This document shows positions 1-9,721 of a stretch of DNA of 32,000 nt, piece by piece; positions within the stretch are counted from its first letter, which is position 1; every line of letters begins with the position of its first letter. The DNA lies in contig NC_006512.1 of the NCBI RefSeq assembly GCF_000008465.1, positions 180,001-212,000 on the forward strand, given 5' to 3'. A model generated the notes under the pieces. That model searched no databases. It was not told the DNA's origin and saw only the letters and a list, made by a program, of their open reading frames with translations. Both the position numbers and the translations under genes were made by a program. Source of the DNA: Idiomarina loihiensis L2TR (GTDB taxonomy: Bacteria; Pseudomonadota; Gammaproteobacteria; Enterobacterales; Alteromonadaceae).

Positions 1-173
1 GCATCGTGAGCAGGCAGCGGTTGTCTGGGTTGTTTCGAATCGACCACCCATTCACTGGGCGACTGCATCGATTCGCCAATAATGACAATTCTTTCCTGAA
101 TATCGGTGGTTTCGTTAGCGTAACTGACAATTGGCAAGAGTAAGCAAGTTGCCAGAGGATAAATAGCTTTCAT
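1..173 (-). CDS. TonB-dependent outer-membrane receptor, N-terminal fragment (OprC/NosA copper-receptor-like). The gene continues past the window start.
   Basis: I translated the minus strand from the ATG (complement of 171-173): MKAIYPLATCLLLPIVSYANETTDIQERIVIIGESMQSPSEWVVDSKQPRQPLPAHD. It has a signal peptide, then ERIVIIG and KQPRQPLPAxD. These resemble the start of the plug region of OprC-type receptors (..PKEPRQPVPASDGADYLK..). It is absent from the ORF track because it has no stop in the window. Confidence 0.55.
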   Translation of the reverse strand, partial: MKAIYPLATCLLLPIVSYANETTDIQERIVIIGESMQSPSEWVVDSKQPRQPLPAHD

Positions 174-269
174 ACGACATTGTCCTTTAATAAGGTAATG
201 TCGCTATTATTCTCTATTTTTTAGGTGGTTAGGATGCGACAAAAGGTAGCATCCCTTTAGTAGTACCAC

Positions 270-581
270 TTAAAGCGAAGGGCAGAATTTATCTTTCAAT
301 AACGTCATAAAAGCTTCGGTATCCGGGTCTTTTATGGAGTAGTACACGGTTTGCGACTCTTTACGAATGCTGACCAATTGCTGCTGACGCAATACCGCAA
401 GATGTTGTGAAAAAGCTGACGGGCTTAAGTCAAAAAACTGATGAAGCTGACCCACACTTTGTTCACCTAAAGCCAGTCGGCATAAAATTTGTAAACGGTG
501 GGGGTTACCTAAAGAGCGCAGAAAGCTTGCTGCATTCTGCGCCTCTTCCTGATGCATCTCTTGTGATTCAGTTGCACTCAT
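270..581 (-). CDS. ArsR/SmtB-family HTH transcriptional regulator
   Basis: 103 aa. LGNPHRLQILCRLALGEQSVGQLHQFFDLSPSAFSQHLAVLRQQQLV is a typical ArsR winged-helix core. It starts 7 nt downstream of the DUF2892 gene on the same strand. Confidence 0.8.
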   Translation of the reverse strand: MSATESQEMHQEEAQNAASFLRSLGNPHRLQILCRLALGEQSVGQLHQFFDLSPSAFSQHLAVLRQQQLVSIRKESQTVYYSIKDPDTEAFMTLLKDKFCPSL

Positions 582-588
582 GGTGTCG

Positions 589-807
589 TTATTTTCCTGA
601 TTTTTCTAACTCACGCTCTGTTTTTAATCCTAAGACTTTTCTCATAAAAATGCCTGCAGGACAAAAACCCGTGAAAGATTGTTGAAATAGATTGGCGCCA
701 ATAAATACGGTCAGCCATACCCAGTTGGGGTGAACCCAATAAGTCAAAGCTACCGATAACAATACCATAAAGCCTGCAAATGCGGTTATAGCTCTTTCTA
801 CACTCAT
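589..807 (-). CDS. Small inner-membrane protein, DUF2892/YgaP-C-terminal-like
   Basis: 72 aa with two hydrophobic helices and an FQQSFTGFCPAG motif typical of DUF2892. There is an AAGGAG RBS upstream. Pairing with ArsR is a common arrangement. Confidence 0.65.
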   Translation of the reverse strand: MSVERAITAFAGFMVLLSVALTYWVHPNWVWLTVFIGANLFQQSFTGFCPAGIFMRKVLGLKTERELEKSGK

Positions 808-830
808 TATCGAACTCCTTAGTTTTTCTA

Positions 831-2036
831 TTAAAACGCATACCGCATACGCAGATACGCGTTGTTGTTTTCGGTGAACTGGCCAAAAAAGGTCTCTGGA
901 CGTTCGCGGAAAAATAGGTTGAAGCCGCCGCTTAATGACCAGTTATCGTCAATGCGGTAGTCAAAAGTCGGCCGTAAATAGCCGTCGCTTTGATTCGGTG
1001 ATACAAAAGCAAACAACGACAGATTCAGATCATCACGCTCGTCGCGCCAGGTTAGACGGGTGGTGAATACGGTGCGTGTTTGGTTGTCGCCTTTCTCTAC
1101 GTAAGCCTGAAAGCCGCCGGTAAAGCGCGTCCATAATTCTTGCTCGTAGCCAACCAGTGCGCGCCAATGATCTTCTGCATCATGACGGTTGTAATTGGCG
1201 ACTTCAGTATTCACCAGTCCTGGTCCCAGAGGCATCCTAACGGAGGCGCCAACCACGGTTAAGCGGCCGAAGGTGGGTTGGAAGTTGTCAGTCACTGCCT
1301 CCGGGCTTTTGGTAAAGCCGTCGTAACCATAGACGGCGTATTCCACACCTTCGTGATTACGGAACAAGCGCAAAGCGTACTCATCGCGCGTGGGCTCAAC
1401 AAACTGAATGGACGGATCGTCGCCTGTCAGCTGCTGGGTTAGCGGATTAAAATAAGAAATGCGTTCACCGCGAATGTAATTGTCGGGGTCAAACTCAGGA
1501 GACCAGACAAAGTCGAGATTGAACCAGTCGAAGTAGCTGGTGATACGCAGTGCGTCAGATGGCGCCTTCAAGTATTCCTGGTCACGTCCGACAAAGAAGG
1601 ACTGCCAGTCTTTAGGGAACAGATCGTTAAGGAATAAGTAGTCGCCAGTGCCCCAGGTGAGTACCTGACGGCCAATTTTTATATCGGTGTTATCGAAAAC
1701 CGTAAACTGAGCATTAAGTTCGCGAATTTGACCGTGCCAGGTTTCATCAAAGCCGTCGTACCAGCCGTCGGCTTTTGCTGTCCAGGCAATATCTTGCCAG
1801 CGTTCGTCAAAACCCAACTGTAGTCGAGGCTCAGCAATAGACAGACGCTTGTGATAGGGGGAGGATTCAAATCGTCCGCCTATTGCCGCCTCAACATAAC
1901 CATAGACATCAATACCCTGGTCTTGTTCCGTTCCCCAGTCACTTTCCCATTCGTCATCCCCCCAGGAGTCCTGTGCCGATGCGGCCTGAGCCAAAGTGAA
2001 AAGAACAGTAAACGCTAAAATTTTCCGGTATGGCAT
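831..2036 (-). CDS. Putative outer-membrane beta-barrel protein, third gene of the MMPL/LolA-like operon
   Basis: I trimmed the start to ATG 2034-2036, giving MPYRKILAFTVLFTLAQAASA, a clear signal peptide. The sequence is aromatic-rich with alternating pattern and ends in ..RMRYAF, a terminal Phe typical of OMPs. The upstream gene stops 2 nt before this start. Confidence 0.6.
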   Translation of the reverse strand: MPYRKILAFTVLFTLAQAASAQDSWGDDEWESDWGTEQDQGIDVYGYVEAAIGGRFESSPYHKRLSIAEPRLQLGFDERWQDIAWTAKADGWYDGFDETWHGQIRELNAQFTVFDNTDIKIGRQVLTWGTGDYLFLNDLFPKDWQSFFVGRDQEYLKAPSDALRITSYFDWFNLDFVWSPEFDPDNYIRGERISYFNPLTQQLTGDDPSIQFVEPTRDEYALRLFRNHEGVEYAVYGYDGFTKSPEAVTDNFQPTFGRLTVVGASVRMPLGPGLVNTEVANYNRHDAEDHWRALVGYEQELWTRFTGGFQAYVEKGDNQTRTVFTTRLTWRDERDDLNLSLFAFVSPNQSDGYLRPTFDYRIDDNWSLSGGFNLFFRERPETFFGQFTENNNAYLRMRYAF

Positions 2037-2038
2037 AA

Positions 2039-2839
2039 TTAGTCTCTCAGTTGTAACCATTCTGCCGGAGGGTTACGTAAGCTGCGCTCACTGAAAATAC
2101 TGTCCGGTAAGCCAATGTCGTATTGCATAAAGCGGAATTGCATGTCGGTTTTACCGCCATTTTCAAGATCCGATATTCGTGAATGAGTCACAGTTGGGTA
2201 GCCTTGAACCGTTTCAATTTCTAGTACTTCCATTTTGCGATAAGCTTCGCCGCTGTCGTTATAGAAGGTGCTTTCTACTGGCAGCATGTGCTCTTTATCA
2301 ATGACCACTTCGTAGTAGCTAAACTCAACCTTGTCAGAGTCTTTAGGTGTGCCTTTTAGCACGTACTTTGCATCGTCCTCCGACAGAACTTCATAGCTGT
2401 CTAAAGCGGTATCGCGACCGGAAACGTCTTCATAGAAAAAGTGTGAACCGACAAAAGACGTACGCTTGTCGCCTGCTGATATGCGTTTAACCAAATCCAG
2501 ATCGGGTAAATAAAGCCAGCGGTCATCGTCGTCGTTGACTCGTTTTACCACGCGAAACACAGTGTCACGCACATCGGCAGGGCGTGAGAAGAATATCATC
2601 ATGTCCTGAACTCCACCGTCTTCCTGGTCTTTGCGCAAAATGGTGAATTGACGCATTTGTTCGCGGCCCTGATTATCAGTGATGATCATTCGCGCTGCGC
2701 TGCGGCCGTCATCACCAGAGTAATAGGCGTTTAACTCGGCTTGCTCGACAATTTCACGCGCGCTTTTTTCGGCACTAATAGCCTGGCCGCTAACGAATAA
2801 AACGGCGGCGGATAAAGCGGTTAAAAATAGGTGTTTCAT
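2039..2839 (-). CDS. Outer-membrane lipoprotein-sorting (LolA-like) family periplasmic protein
   Basis: 266 aa with signal peptide MKHLFLTALSAAVLFVSGQAISA. I recall the family resemblance (LolA-like proteins commonly sit next to MMPL exporters). Its start overlaps the MMPL stop in an ATGA at 2836-2839. Confidence 0.55.
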   Translation of the reverse strand: MKHLFLTALSAAVLFVSGQAISAEKSAREIVEQAELNAYYSGDDGRSAARMIITDNQGREQMRQFTILRKDQEDGGVQDMMIFFSRPADVRDTVFRVVKRVNDDDDRWLYLPDLDLVKRISAGDKRTSFVGSHFFYEDVSGRDTALDSYEVLSEDDAKYVLKGTPKDSDKVEFSYYEVVIDKEHMLPVESTFYNDSGEAYRKMEVLEIETVQGYPTVTHSRISDLENGGKTDMQFRFMQYDIGLPDSIFSERSLRNPPAEWLQLRD

Positions 2840-5352
2840 GATTGGTCTCCACGGAATATAAGGCGGCTAAATACGGTCATTACCGCCGGGAGCATAATAA
2901 GTGTCACTATGGCGGATATGGCCATAATGCTGGCTAAGAATACGCCTACGGTAATGTAGGGCACTAACGGTGCGAACAGCAGTGGCGTAAAGCCAATGGC
3001 AATGACAATGGCATTGCGGGAAATGGCCCGCGCGGGCTCATCAAACATAACTACCAGAGTGTCTTTCCAGTTACCGGTTTGCTTGAATGTAGCGCGGGTG
3101 CGTTCAATGAAGTGAATAGCAAAGTCCACCGACAGCCCAAGCGTCAGCGATGACAGCACGGCAATGGGCATGTCGTAGTCTTTACCGACCCAGCCGATAA
3201 GTCCGTAAATAAAGGCAATGGTCAGACTCAGCGGTAACATGGCCAGTACACCGAAGACCACTGAGCGGAACAGCAGCACCATCATAATAAACACCACCAC
3301 AAAAGCACTGATTAAGCTGTCGAGCATGCCTTCGACCATGGCTTCCTGCCACACGACGTTCAGGTAAGCTTTGCCGGCCCAGTCCATTTCAGTGTTTGCA
3401 GGCAGAGGATTATCCTGAATATAGCTATCAACAGCTTTGACGACCTGGGTTACGTGTTGGTTGTCACCGCTGGTTAACTGCAACCACATTAAACTGCGTT
3501 TGTAGTCCGGCGTAACAAAGTGCCAGAGGTCCTGCGGACGGTGCGATGACTGATACTGCAACAGGGTTTGCGCAACGCCGTTGGCATTGTCCGGCAATTC
3601 GTAGTCTTTTTCTTCGCCCGAGCGTAATTCACGGTTAACCGTCTTGACCACGTCGGACAGGCTGTTGGATTTGCCCACCAAGCCTGTCGTTTGCAAGTAC
3701 GCTTGCATCTCGCTTATGTAAGCTAGTAATTCCGGGCTTTGGAATGCTTTGCTGGCGCTATTCAGCTGTTCGAGCTCTGTCATTAAGCGCTCTAACGGCT
3801 CTAATTGGTCGGAACCAACGCTGAAGAGCAGATCATCAATAGCGATAATCCACTGGTTAAAGTTCACTTGTTCTTGCTCAAGCAGAGCGCTTATAGCATC
3901 GCGGGATTCTTCAGACAGCGCGTCGTTATTCAGGGCGTCACGAACCGCTGAGCGAGCCTTTTCGGTCGTATCTAAGGTATTTTCAAATACTACATACGCG
4001 TTGTACGTCCCGGCAAAGTGGTCGTTTAATACTTCGTCAGCAATACGAACCTCGTGGTCAGGTTTAAACCAACGCACCGGGTTGTCGTTAATGTTTATTT
4101 GCTGAATACCGAACCAGGCAAAAGCCAGAACGGCCAGGAAAAAGGCTATCCACAATTTGGCGTGGCTAGCCGCGGTAGCCCCCATTTTTTGCAGCCAACC
4201 TTGTTTATGCTCGTCATGAGTCACTTGAGTAAAGCTTTCCAGCGTTGATGGTTTCAGTGCGCAAATATAGGCAGGCACGAAAAGCACCGTAATTAAGAAG
4301 GCCAAAAGAATTCCGGAGCCAACGAAAGCGCCGAACACCTGCACCGGTGGAATTGGCGTTAGCATCAGCGAGTAAAAGCCAATAGACGAGGTTATTGAGG
4401 TAAATAGCATGGGTGTAAACAGGTGCCTCAGCACGTCTTTTATGGTGTCTTTTGCATTACCTTTTTCACGGTATCGGTCCGAAAACTCGGACATAATGTG
4501 CACTGAGTCGACTACCGCAATAGGCATCAGGAAAATAGCGATCATCGACGACATAATGTGTACGGTAAACCCCAGAGCAATGAGTGTTCCCATGGTAATA
4601 AGCACTGTCGACATGGCGACTATCATTGCTGCACTTATGAAACGCACATTGCGGAAGAAAAACCAAAGCAGAGCGAAAATTACCGCTGCTGCTAGCGGCG
4701 CTGAAATGCCCATTTGTACAAACATTTCATAGCCAAACTGGTCTTCAGCAACGGGTAAACCGGTAATGTGCCAGTCATCATTGGTTTCCAAAGTGGCAAT
4801 TTTTTCACGCAGTTGCTCCGCCAGAGCATAGCTCTGGTCTTTGCTCTCAATGGGTACATAAATAGCGGCAGACTTGTCGTCGCCGGACACAATGGTGTTA
4901 TAAAGCAATGGCAGGTCTTTTACTTGTTTCTGGATGTATTGCGCTTCCGCGTTACTTTCTGGCGGTTGTTTCATCATCCATTCAAAACGAATGGTGCCGG
5001 GCTCTTCCTGAGTAATATTATCGACATTCGCCAGTGACATCAGGTCGTCACTGATAACTCCGTCCAGTGACTCCGCGTAATTCGACATGGTATGCAGGTC
5101 GGTTAAAGTCTTTTGGTTGTAGACGGTGTTCTTATTCACTACGCCAACGACAATCATGTCATGCATAGCGAAGGTTTCTTTTACCTCATTATGGAAAACT
5201 CGCTGCGGGTTGTCATCCGGCAGCATGTTCTCCGGATCGGTATCAATGGTAATAGACGGGATGAACGCAGCGGCAGCAATAGTGATCAGCGTCAACGTCC
5301 AAACGACGCTTCTGCGATAGCCTGTTGCTAATTTCATAATAACATCGATCAT
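2836..5352 (-). CDS. MMPL/RND-superfamily exporter (two 6-TM bundles with large periplasmic loops)
   Basis: 838 aa with duplicated hydrophobic blocks separated by soluble domains. The architecture and sequence feel resemble HpnN/MMPL-type RND proteins. An alternative start at 5337 (MKLATG) is possible. Confidence 0.75.
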   Translation of the reverse strand: MIDVIMKLATGYRRSVVWTLTLITIAAAAFIPSITIDTDPENMLPDDNPQRVFHNEVKETFAMHDMIVVGVVNKNTVYNQKTLTDLHTMSNYAESLDGVISDDLMSLANVDNITQEEPGTIRFEWMMKQPPESNAEAQYIQKQVKDLPLLYNTIVSGDDKSAAIYVPIESKDQSYALAEQLREKIATLETNDDWHITGLPVAEDQFGYEMFVQMGISAPLAAAVIFALLWFFFRNVRFISAAMIVAMSTVLITMGTLIALGFTVHIMSSMIAIFLMPIAVVDSVHIMSEFSDRYREKGNAKDTIKDVLRHLFTPMLFTSITSSIGFYSLMLTPIPPVQVFGAFVGSGILLAFLITVLFVPAYICALKPSTLESFTQVTHDEHKQGWLQKMGATAASHAKLWIAFFLAVLAFAWFGIQQININDNPVRWFKPDHEVRIADEVLNDHFAGTYNAYVVFENTLDTTEKARSAVRDALNNDALSEESRDAISALLEQEQVNFNQWIIAIDDLLFSVGSDQLEPLERLMTELEQLNSASKAFQSPELLAYISEMQAYLQTTGLVGKSNSLSDVVKTVNRELRSGEEKDYELPDNANGVAQTLLQYQSSHRPQDLWHFVTPDYKRSLMWLQLTSGDNQHVTQVVKAVDSYIQDNPLPANTEMDWAGKAYLNVVWQEAMVEGMLDSLISAFVVVFIMMVLLFRSVVFGVLAMLPLSLTIAFIYGLIGWVGKDYDMPIAVLSSLTLGLSVDFAIHFIERTRATFKQTGNWKDTLVVMFDEPARAISRNAIVIAIGFTPLLFAPLVPYITVGVFLASIMAISAIVTLIMLPAVMTVFSRLIFRGDQS

Positions 5353-5449
5353 ATTATTTCTTGATAATCTAATTTAGAATAATTCGAAATATAGTCGATT
5401 ATTTCTGAGTTGTCATCTATCTTGATGAAAAAATAACAAGGCGACTTCT

Positions 5450-6160
5450 ATGACCACACCACACATTTCGGCAAAAGCCGGTGATTTTGCTGAACTTTGC
5501 TTGTTTCCTGGTGACCCGTTAAGGGCAAGACATATTGCTGAAACACATCTGGACAGTGCAGAACTCATAAGTGATACCCGAAATATGCTGGCATTTACCG
5601 GGCAATTTCGCGGTACACCCGTGTCGGTGATGGGATCCGGGATGGGGATGCCGTCTTGTGCACTCTACGCGCAAGAGTTGTTTCAGCATTTCGGTGTTGA
5701 GCGCTTAGTGCGGGTAGGCACTTGCGGTGCCGTATCAGCAAACCTTAATTTGCGTGATCTGGTCGTTGCCCAGGGAGCCTGTACTGACTCTTCAATGAAC
5801 CAAAAGCTGTTTGGCGGTTATGACTTTGCAGCAATTGCAGATTACAAATTGTTAAGTGAGTTCGTCGGTTATTGTCAGAAGAAGAACCAGCGTGTAGCTG
5901 TTGGCAATGTATTTTCTACTGACAGTTTCTACCATCCGGACAAAAAACTGGAGTCTCGGCTGGAAGCCATGAATGTTCTGGCGCTAGATATGGAGGCAGC
6001 GGCTCTTTATGCGGTAGCCGCGATTCATAAGAAACAGGCTTTAGCCGTTATGACAGTTTCTGATGAAATAAGAACGGGCAATGGCTTGTCGGCTAATGAA
6101 AGACAGACCGCTTTTAACGAAATGACCAAGATGACTTTAGAAAGTTTACTAGTTTATTGA
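5450..6160 (+). CDS. deoD: Purine nucleoside phosphorylase, DeoD type
   Basis: 236 aa that aligns along its full length by eye with E. coli DeoD: MTTPHISAKAGDFA..PGDPLRA..IAE, GMGMPSC, VRVGTCGA, LDMEAAALY, ERQTAFNEM. Confidence 0.9.
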   Translation: MTTPHISAKAGDFAELCLFPGDPLRARHIAETHLDSAELISDTRNMLAFTGQFRGTPVSVMGSGMGMPSCALYAQELFQHFGVERLVRVGTCGAVSANLNLRDLVVAQGACTDSSMNQKLFGGYDFAAIADYKLLSEFVGYCQKKNQRVAVGNVFSTDSFYHPDKKLESRLEAMNVLALDMEAAALYAVAAIHKKQALAVMTVSDEIRTGNGLSANERQTAFNEMTKMTLESLLVY

Positions 6161-6170
6161 TCACGATCAA
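6157..6170. promoter_or_regulatory. Perfect FNR consensus box TTGATCACGATCAA
   Basis: 10/10 match to TTGAT-N4-ATCAA. It overlaps the deoD stop codon (6158-6160) and lies 46-109 nt upstream of the candidate MCP-hemerythrin starts. A TATTAT hexamer sits at 6201-6206. Confidence 0.5.
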
Positions 6171-6278
6171 GCAAAAGCCACTTGGCAACCAACAACACTG
6201 TATTATGTGTGACTAATGTCGATGAATGAGCAGAATAAGCCGTTTGTGGTTGTAGATTCTGCCTGTAGTGGAGTGGTT

Positions 6279-8714
6279 ATGAAGTGGCTCGATTGGTTAA
6301 CTCGCCCTGTCCAAAAGTTATTTAATTTACTGAGTTTTAGACGAAAATTTAGCTTGATTGGTTTTTTACTTTTTATTCCGGTTATTGTACTGAGTTCGTT
6401 GATGGTTAATGACTCACTGGAAAAAAGCCATCAGGTTGAACAAAAGCATGAAGCCGCTCAATACTGGCCAGAATTAAGAGGGCTTTTAGAGCATATCGCC
6501 ATGCACCGGGGAATGACTGGGAGTGAAGCTCAAAAACGAGAGTTTTCCAGTGAAATAAACCGTTCAGTGCAAGCCATTAATCGTCATTTTAGTGCTCTGG
6601 ATGACCTCCAAAGTAAACCAGGCCAAAGTCATTTGCTGCCAGAATCATTATTGCTGGAGCTGCGCCGTAAATGGCAGGGCTTAAGCGGTTCAACGGACAC
6701 TTTTCATCAGCATACTGAGCTTTTGGAAAAGGTCCAAAGTGCGTTAAAGCTGCTTGGCAAAAACTCCCAACAACTGTTGGAAAATGATTTACCAAGCCTG
6801 TTCTTAGCACGTCTTTCGGTTGAAGAGCTGCCGCAGTTAGTTGAGCAGGGAGGTCGCTTAAGGGGGTTGGGAGCTCAATGGTTAAGCGGAAAGGAAAGCC
6901 CCGAACTACAGCAGGATGTCACCATTTTAAGCTACGTGCTGGAAAACCAGGTTTCCGACTTTGTGGACGTTGTCGAGAGTTTATCCGAAGAAGTTAACGA
7001 CCAGGGCTTGTTGATGCAGGCTAAGGCAGCCGAACAGCAGTTAAGATTATTTAGCGAAACTGCTTCTAGCAAACTAATGGAACGCAATATGTCGGCCAGT
7101 GACTTCTTCCGTGAAGGAACTGCCGCGACAGGGGCGTTATTTGCTTTTTACGACAGCGTTATTCCGGCTTATCACTCGAGACTTGAACAGCGCCTGACAA
7201 AATTAGATACGGTGATTTGGACCAACGCGGCTTTGATTGTCGGGGTGTTGTTATTGCAGTTACTGTTATTTACCAGCTTATATTTAGGAATTTACCGGGC
7301 GGTGTCTGCCAATATTAAAATGGCCAAACAGCTGGCAAATGGCGACCTAAATAGTTTGAGCTCGACAGAGGGGCATGATGAGCTGTCGAAAATAACTCAT
7401 TACCTGAACTCGGTCGCTATTGAGACCAGTTACTCAGTGGATGCCATACGTAAGTCGAGCGACGGTATGGACAGGCTGGGTAACGGTAATTATCAGGCAA
7501 TTAAAGAGCTGGCCGAACGGGCAAGAGCTCAGGCTTCGCAAATGCAAAGCGCAGCTGCGGCAGTCGAGCAAATGACCTCGGCGATAAGTGAAGTGTCAGA
7601 GTCAACTCAGAAAGCCGCAACAGAAGCTGATAACACCTTGATATCCGCCAAAAATGGGCAGCAGGTTGTTCATACCATGGTGACTGCCATTCAGAGACTT
7701 GAGCAAGAAGTGTCCGAATCTCAGCGTGTTATAAAAACATTATCTGAAGATAGCCAGTCTATCTCGAAGATATTACTGACCATTAATGACATTGCCGACC
7801 AGACTAATTTGCTGGCGCTGAATGCTGCTATTGAAGCCGCCAGAGCCGGTGAGTCCGGTCGGGGCTTTGCGGTTGTAGCTGATGAAGTCAGACAGTTAGC
7901 ACAACGGGTACAGGCTTCCACTGGCGAAATACAAAGTGTCATTGGTCGGCTGGAGACCAACACAAACAATGCAGTGCAAACCATGGAGCGCAATAAAACC
8001 CTGGCGGGCGAAAATGTTGAACAAGCGAACCGGGCTGCAAGTTCATTATCTGACATTGTCGAAAATGTTGGTGTCATTAACGACCTGAATATTCAGATAG
8101 CCTCCACAACGGAAGAGCAGTCTGCGGTAACCATAAATATTCAGGAAAACATTAATTCACTTTCTGAAAGTGCACGAATTGTTGATGAACGCTCGCAAGA
8201 AGCGTTAGAAAGCTCAGCTCAATTAACGACTTTAGGCGGCGAAATTAAGTCTCTTGGCGACCGCTATTACATTGAAAAAGACGTGATAGAGCGACGTCTT
8301 TCAGAACAAGACGTACTCATTGAATGGTCGCCGAAGCTGGATGTGGGCATTGAAGAAATTAACCGTCAGCACCAGCGCCTAATTTACATTGCTAATGAGC
8401 TGTATCGCCTGAAGCTTCGCGATGGTGATCAGCATGCGTTACAGCGTCTGGTGGACTCGTTAATTAACTACACGGCTACGCACTTTAACTACGAAGAGTT
8501 GCTAATGGAGCGTAACGGCTATCCTGACTTAGAAAACCACAAGCTTAAGCACCGCGACTTAGTGCAGGATGTGATGCGCTTCAAACACCGGGTTGATAGC
8601 CACGAAGACGTGATTGATGAGCTATTGGAGTTCGTAAAAGCCTGGCTCATGAACCACATTATGAAAAGCGATATGGCTTATAAAGGGCATCTCAACAGCA
8701 AAGGTATTCACTAG
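6279..8714 (+). CDS. Methyl-accepting chemotaxis protein with a NIT-like periplasmic sensor, HAMP, MA signalling domain and a C-terminal bacteriohemerythrin domain
   Basis: The MA core is present ([33 protein letters not shown]). The C-terminal ~130 aa carry the hemerythrin ligand pattern: [32 protein letters not shown]. The N-terminal region has two HRGMTG / GGRLRGLG segments reminiscent of NIT domains. The longest ORF starts at 6216. I prefer ATG 6279 (MKWLDW) because GTGGAG lies 5 nt upstream. Confidence 0.8.
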   Translation: MKWLDWLTRPVQKLFNLLSFRRKFSLIGFLLFIPVIVLSSLMVNDSLEKSHQVEQKHEAAQYWPELRGLLEHIAMHRGMTGSEAQKREFSSEINRSVQAINRHFSALDDLQSKPGQSHLLPESLLLELRRKWQGLSGSTDTFHQHTELLEKVQSALKLLGKNSQQLLENDLPSLFLARLSVEELPQLVEQGGRLRGLGAQWLSGKESPELQQDVTILSYVLENQVSDFVDVVESLSEEVNDQGLLMQAKAAEQQLRLFSETASSKLMERNMSASDFFREGTAATGALFAFYDSVIPAYHSRLEQRLTKLDTVIWTNAALIVGVLLLQLLLFTSLYLGIYRAVSANIKMAKQLANGDLNSLSSTEGHDELSKITHYLNSVAIETSYSVDAIRKSSDGMDRLGNGNYQAIKELAERARAQASQMQSAAAAVEQMTSAISEVSESTQKAATEADNTLISAKNGQQVVHTMVTAIQRLEQEVSESQRVIKTLSEDSQSISKILLTINDIADQTNLLALNAAIEAARAGESGRGFAVVADEVRQLAQRVQASTGEIQSVIGRLETNTNNAVQTMERNKTLAGENVEQANRAASSLSDIVENVGVINDLNIQIASTTEEQSAVTINIQENINSLSESARIVDERSQEALESSAQLTTLGGEIKSLGDRYYIEKDVIERRLSEQDVLIEWSPKLDVGIEEINRQHQRLIYIANELYRLKLRDGDQHALQRLVDSLINYTATHFNYEELLMERNGYPDLENHKLKHRDLVQDVMRFKHRVDSHEDVIDELLEFVKAWLMNHIMKSDMAYKGHLNSKGIH

Positions 8715-8719
8715 GGAAT

Positions 8720-9721
8720 TTATAGCCCCAGGCTAATCACCGGGGCTTCTTCACTTTCTTGTCGCTGGGTAAAGTCATCTTTACTGGAAAGGTTTCGCCA
8801 GTTGGCTGCCACCAGGCTCTGTCCGGTGGCGCCACCCAGGCTGTTGCCAGGCCCCAGCAGTAATAATTTATCCGGTGCGAACTCTCTTAAGGCAACTGTA
8901 ATGGCTTTGGTGTAGTCGTAATACTCGGTCACCTGGTGCCCAAAAGTATAGCGTTGCAGGGCATCCAAATGGCAGCCGGGCGGCTCCCAAATAACACCTC
9001 GGCCGTCTATGAGTGGCAGTTCGGGTTGTCTGAAATGGCTGCTGTCCCACACGGAAAGAGCCTGATCTGACGCCTCTTTCATTAACGGTGAATGGAATGC
9101 CGCATGGCCGGGTAAGATCATAGGAAAGCGGTTATCAACAGGCTCTAGTGCTTTACTGGCAGTGGTTACCGCATTCTGTGTACCCGCCAGCAGAACATAG
9201 CCGCCGTAACGAATGGATAAAAACAGCTCCCCGGCGTGTTGTTCTAACATCTGACTGACGGCTTTTTCACGGGTTTTGTCCGGTTGCCACTGCTCGTTCA
9301 TAATTGGGTAAATAAGCTGCGCACCGTCGGCTGCGGCAGTTCGCTTTGCCATGTCGGTGACAATAGACATTGCGTTTTCCGGCTGCCATACACCGGCACA
9401 GGCCAGAGCGGTATACCAGCCCATGGAGTTTCCGGTCACTGCCACTATGTCATACTGCTCGGGGTCAACGGCTTTAAAGTCGGCGTAACCGGCCGCAAAA
9501 ATTAAGGCTGCAGAGTTCTCCGGCTTTAAATGCAAACGGTGATCGAACTTACTTTTCTGGTCGAGTTCCGAAACGCTAATAAAACCTTCGTTTTCGCGGA
9601 CTTTGTCTAACTGGTTAATGAGATCGCTTTGCTTTGGCAAATGGCGTTCAGTAATAGAGCCTAATTCAGGTTTGTTGTAACCACCACGACCGGGGCAGAC
9701 GATAACGGCAGTTTGTTTCAT
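8720..9721 (-). CDS. FabD-like acyltransferase (malonyl-CoA:ACP transacylase superfamily), non-canonical
   Basis: 333 aa. The nucleophile elbow is GNSMGW (FabD has GHSLGE). The second motif is GHAAFHSPLM (AT-domain xAFHS motif). Its start overlaps the E1 stop in an ATGA at 9718-9721. Confidence 0.65.
   Translation of the reverse strand: MKQTAVIVCPGRGGYNKPELGSITERHLPKQSDLINQLDKVRENEGFISVSELDQKSKFDHRLHLKPENSAALIFAAGYADFKAVDPEQYDIVAVTGNSMGWYTALACAGVWQPENAMSIVTDMAKRTAAADGAQLIYPIMNEQWQPDKTREKAVSQMLEQHAGELFLSIRYGGYVLLAGTQNAVTTASKALEPVDNRFPMILPGHAAFHSPLMKEASDQALSVWDSSHFRQPELPLIDGRGVIWEPPGCHLDALQRYTFGHQVTEYYDYTKAITVALREFAPDKLLLLGPGNSLGGATGQSLVAANWRNLSSKDDFTQRQESEEAPVISLGL

Noticed and set aside
232-254. 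A hairpin GGATGC-N11-GCATCC downstream of arsR, considered as a terminator.
   Set aside because: The stem is only 6 bp with an 11 nt loop, and there is no U tract on the minus strand. That is not enough to call a terminator.
8715-8719. The MCP gene and the acyltransferase gene converge with only a 5 bp gap and no terminator.
   Set aside because: This is real in the sequence, but tight convergent ends are common. I could not identify any structure or signal there. I note it only as a possible site of transcriptional interference.
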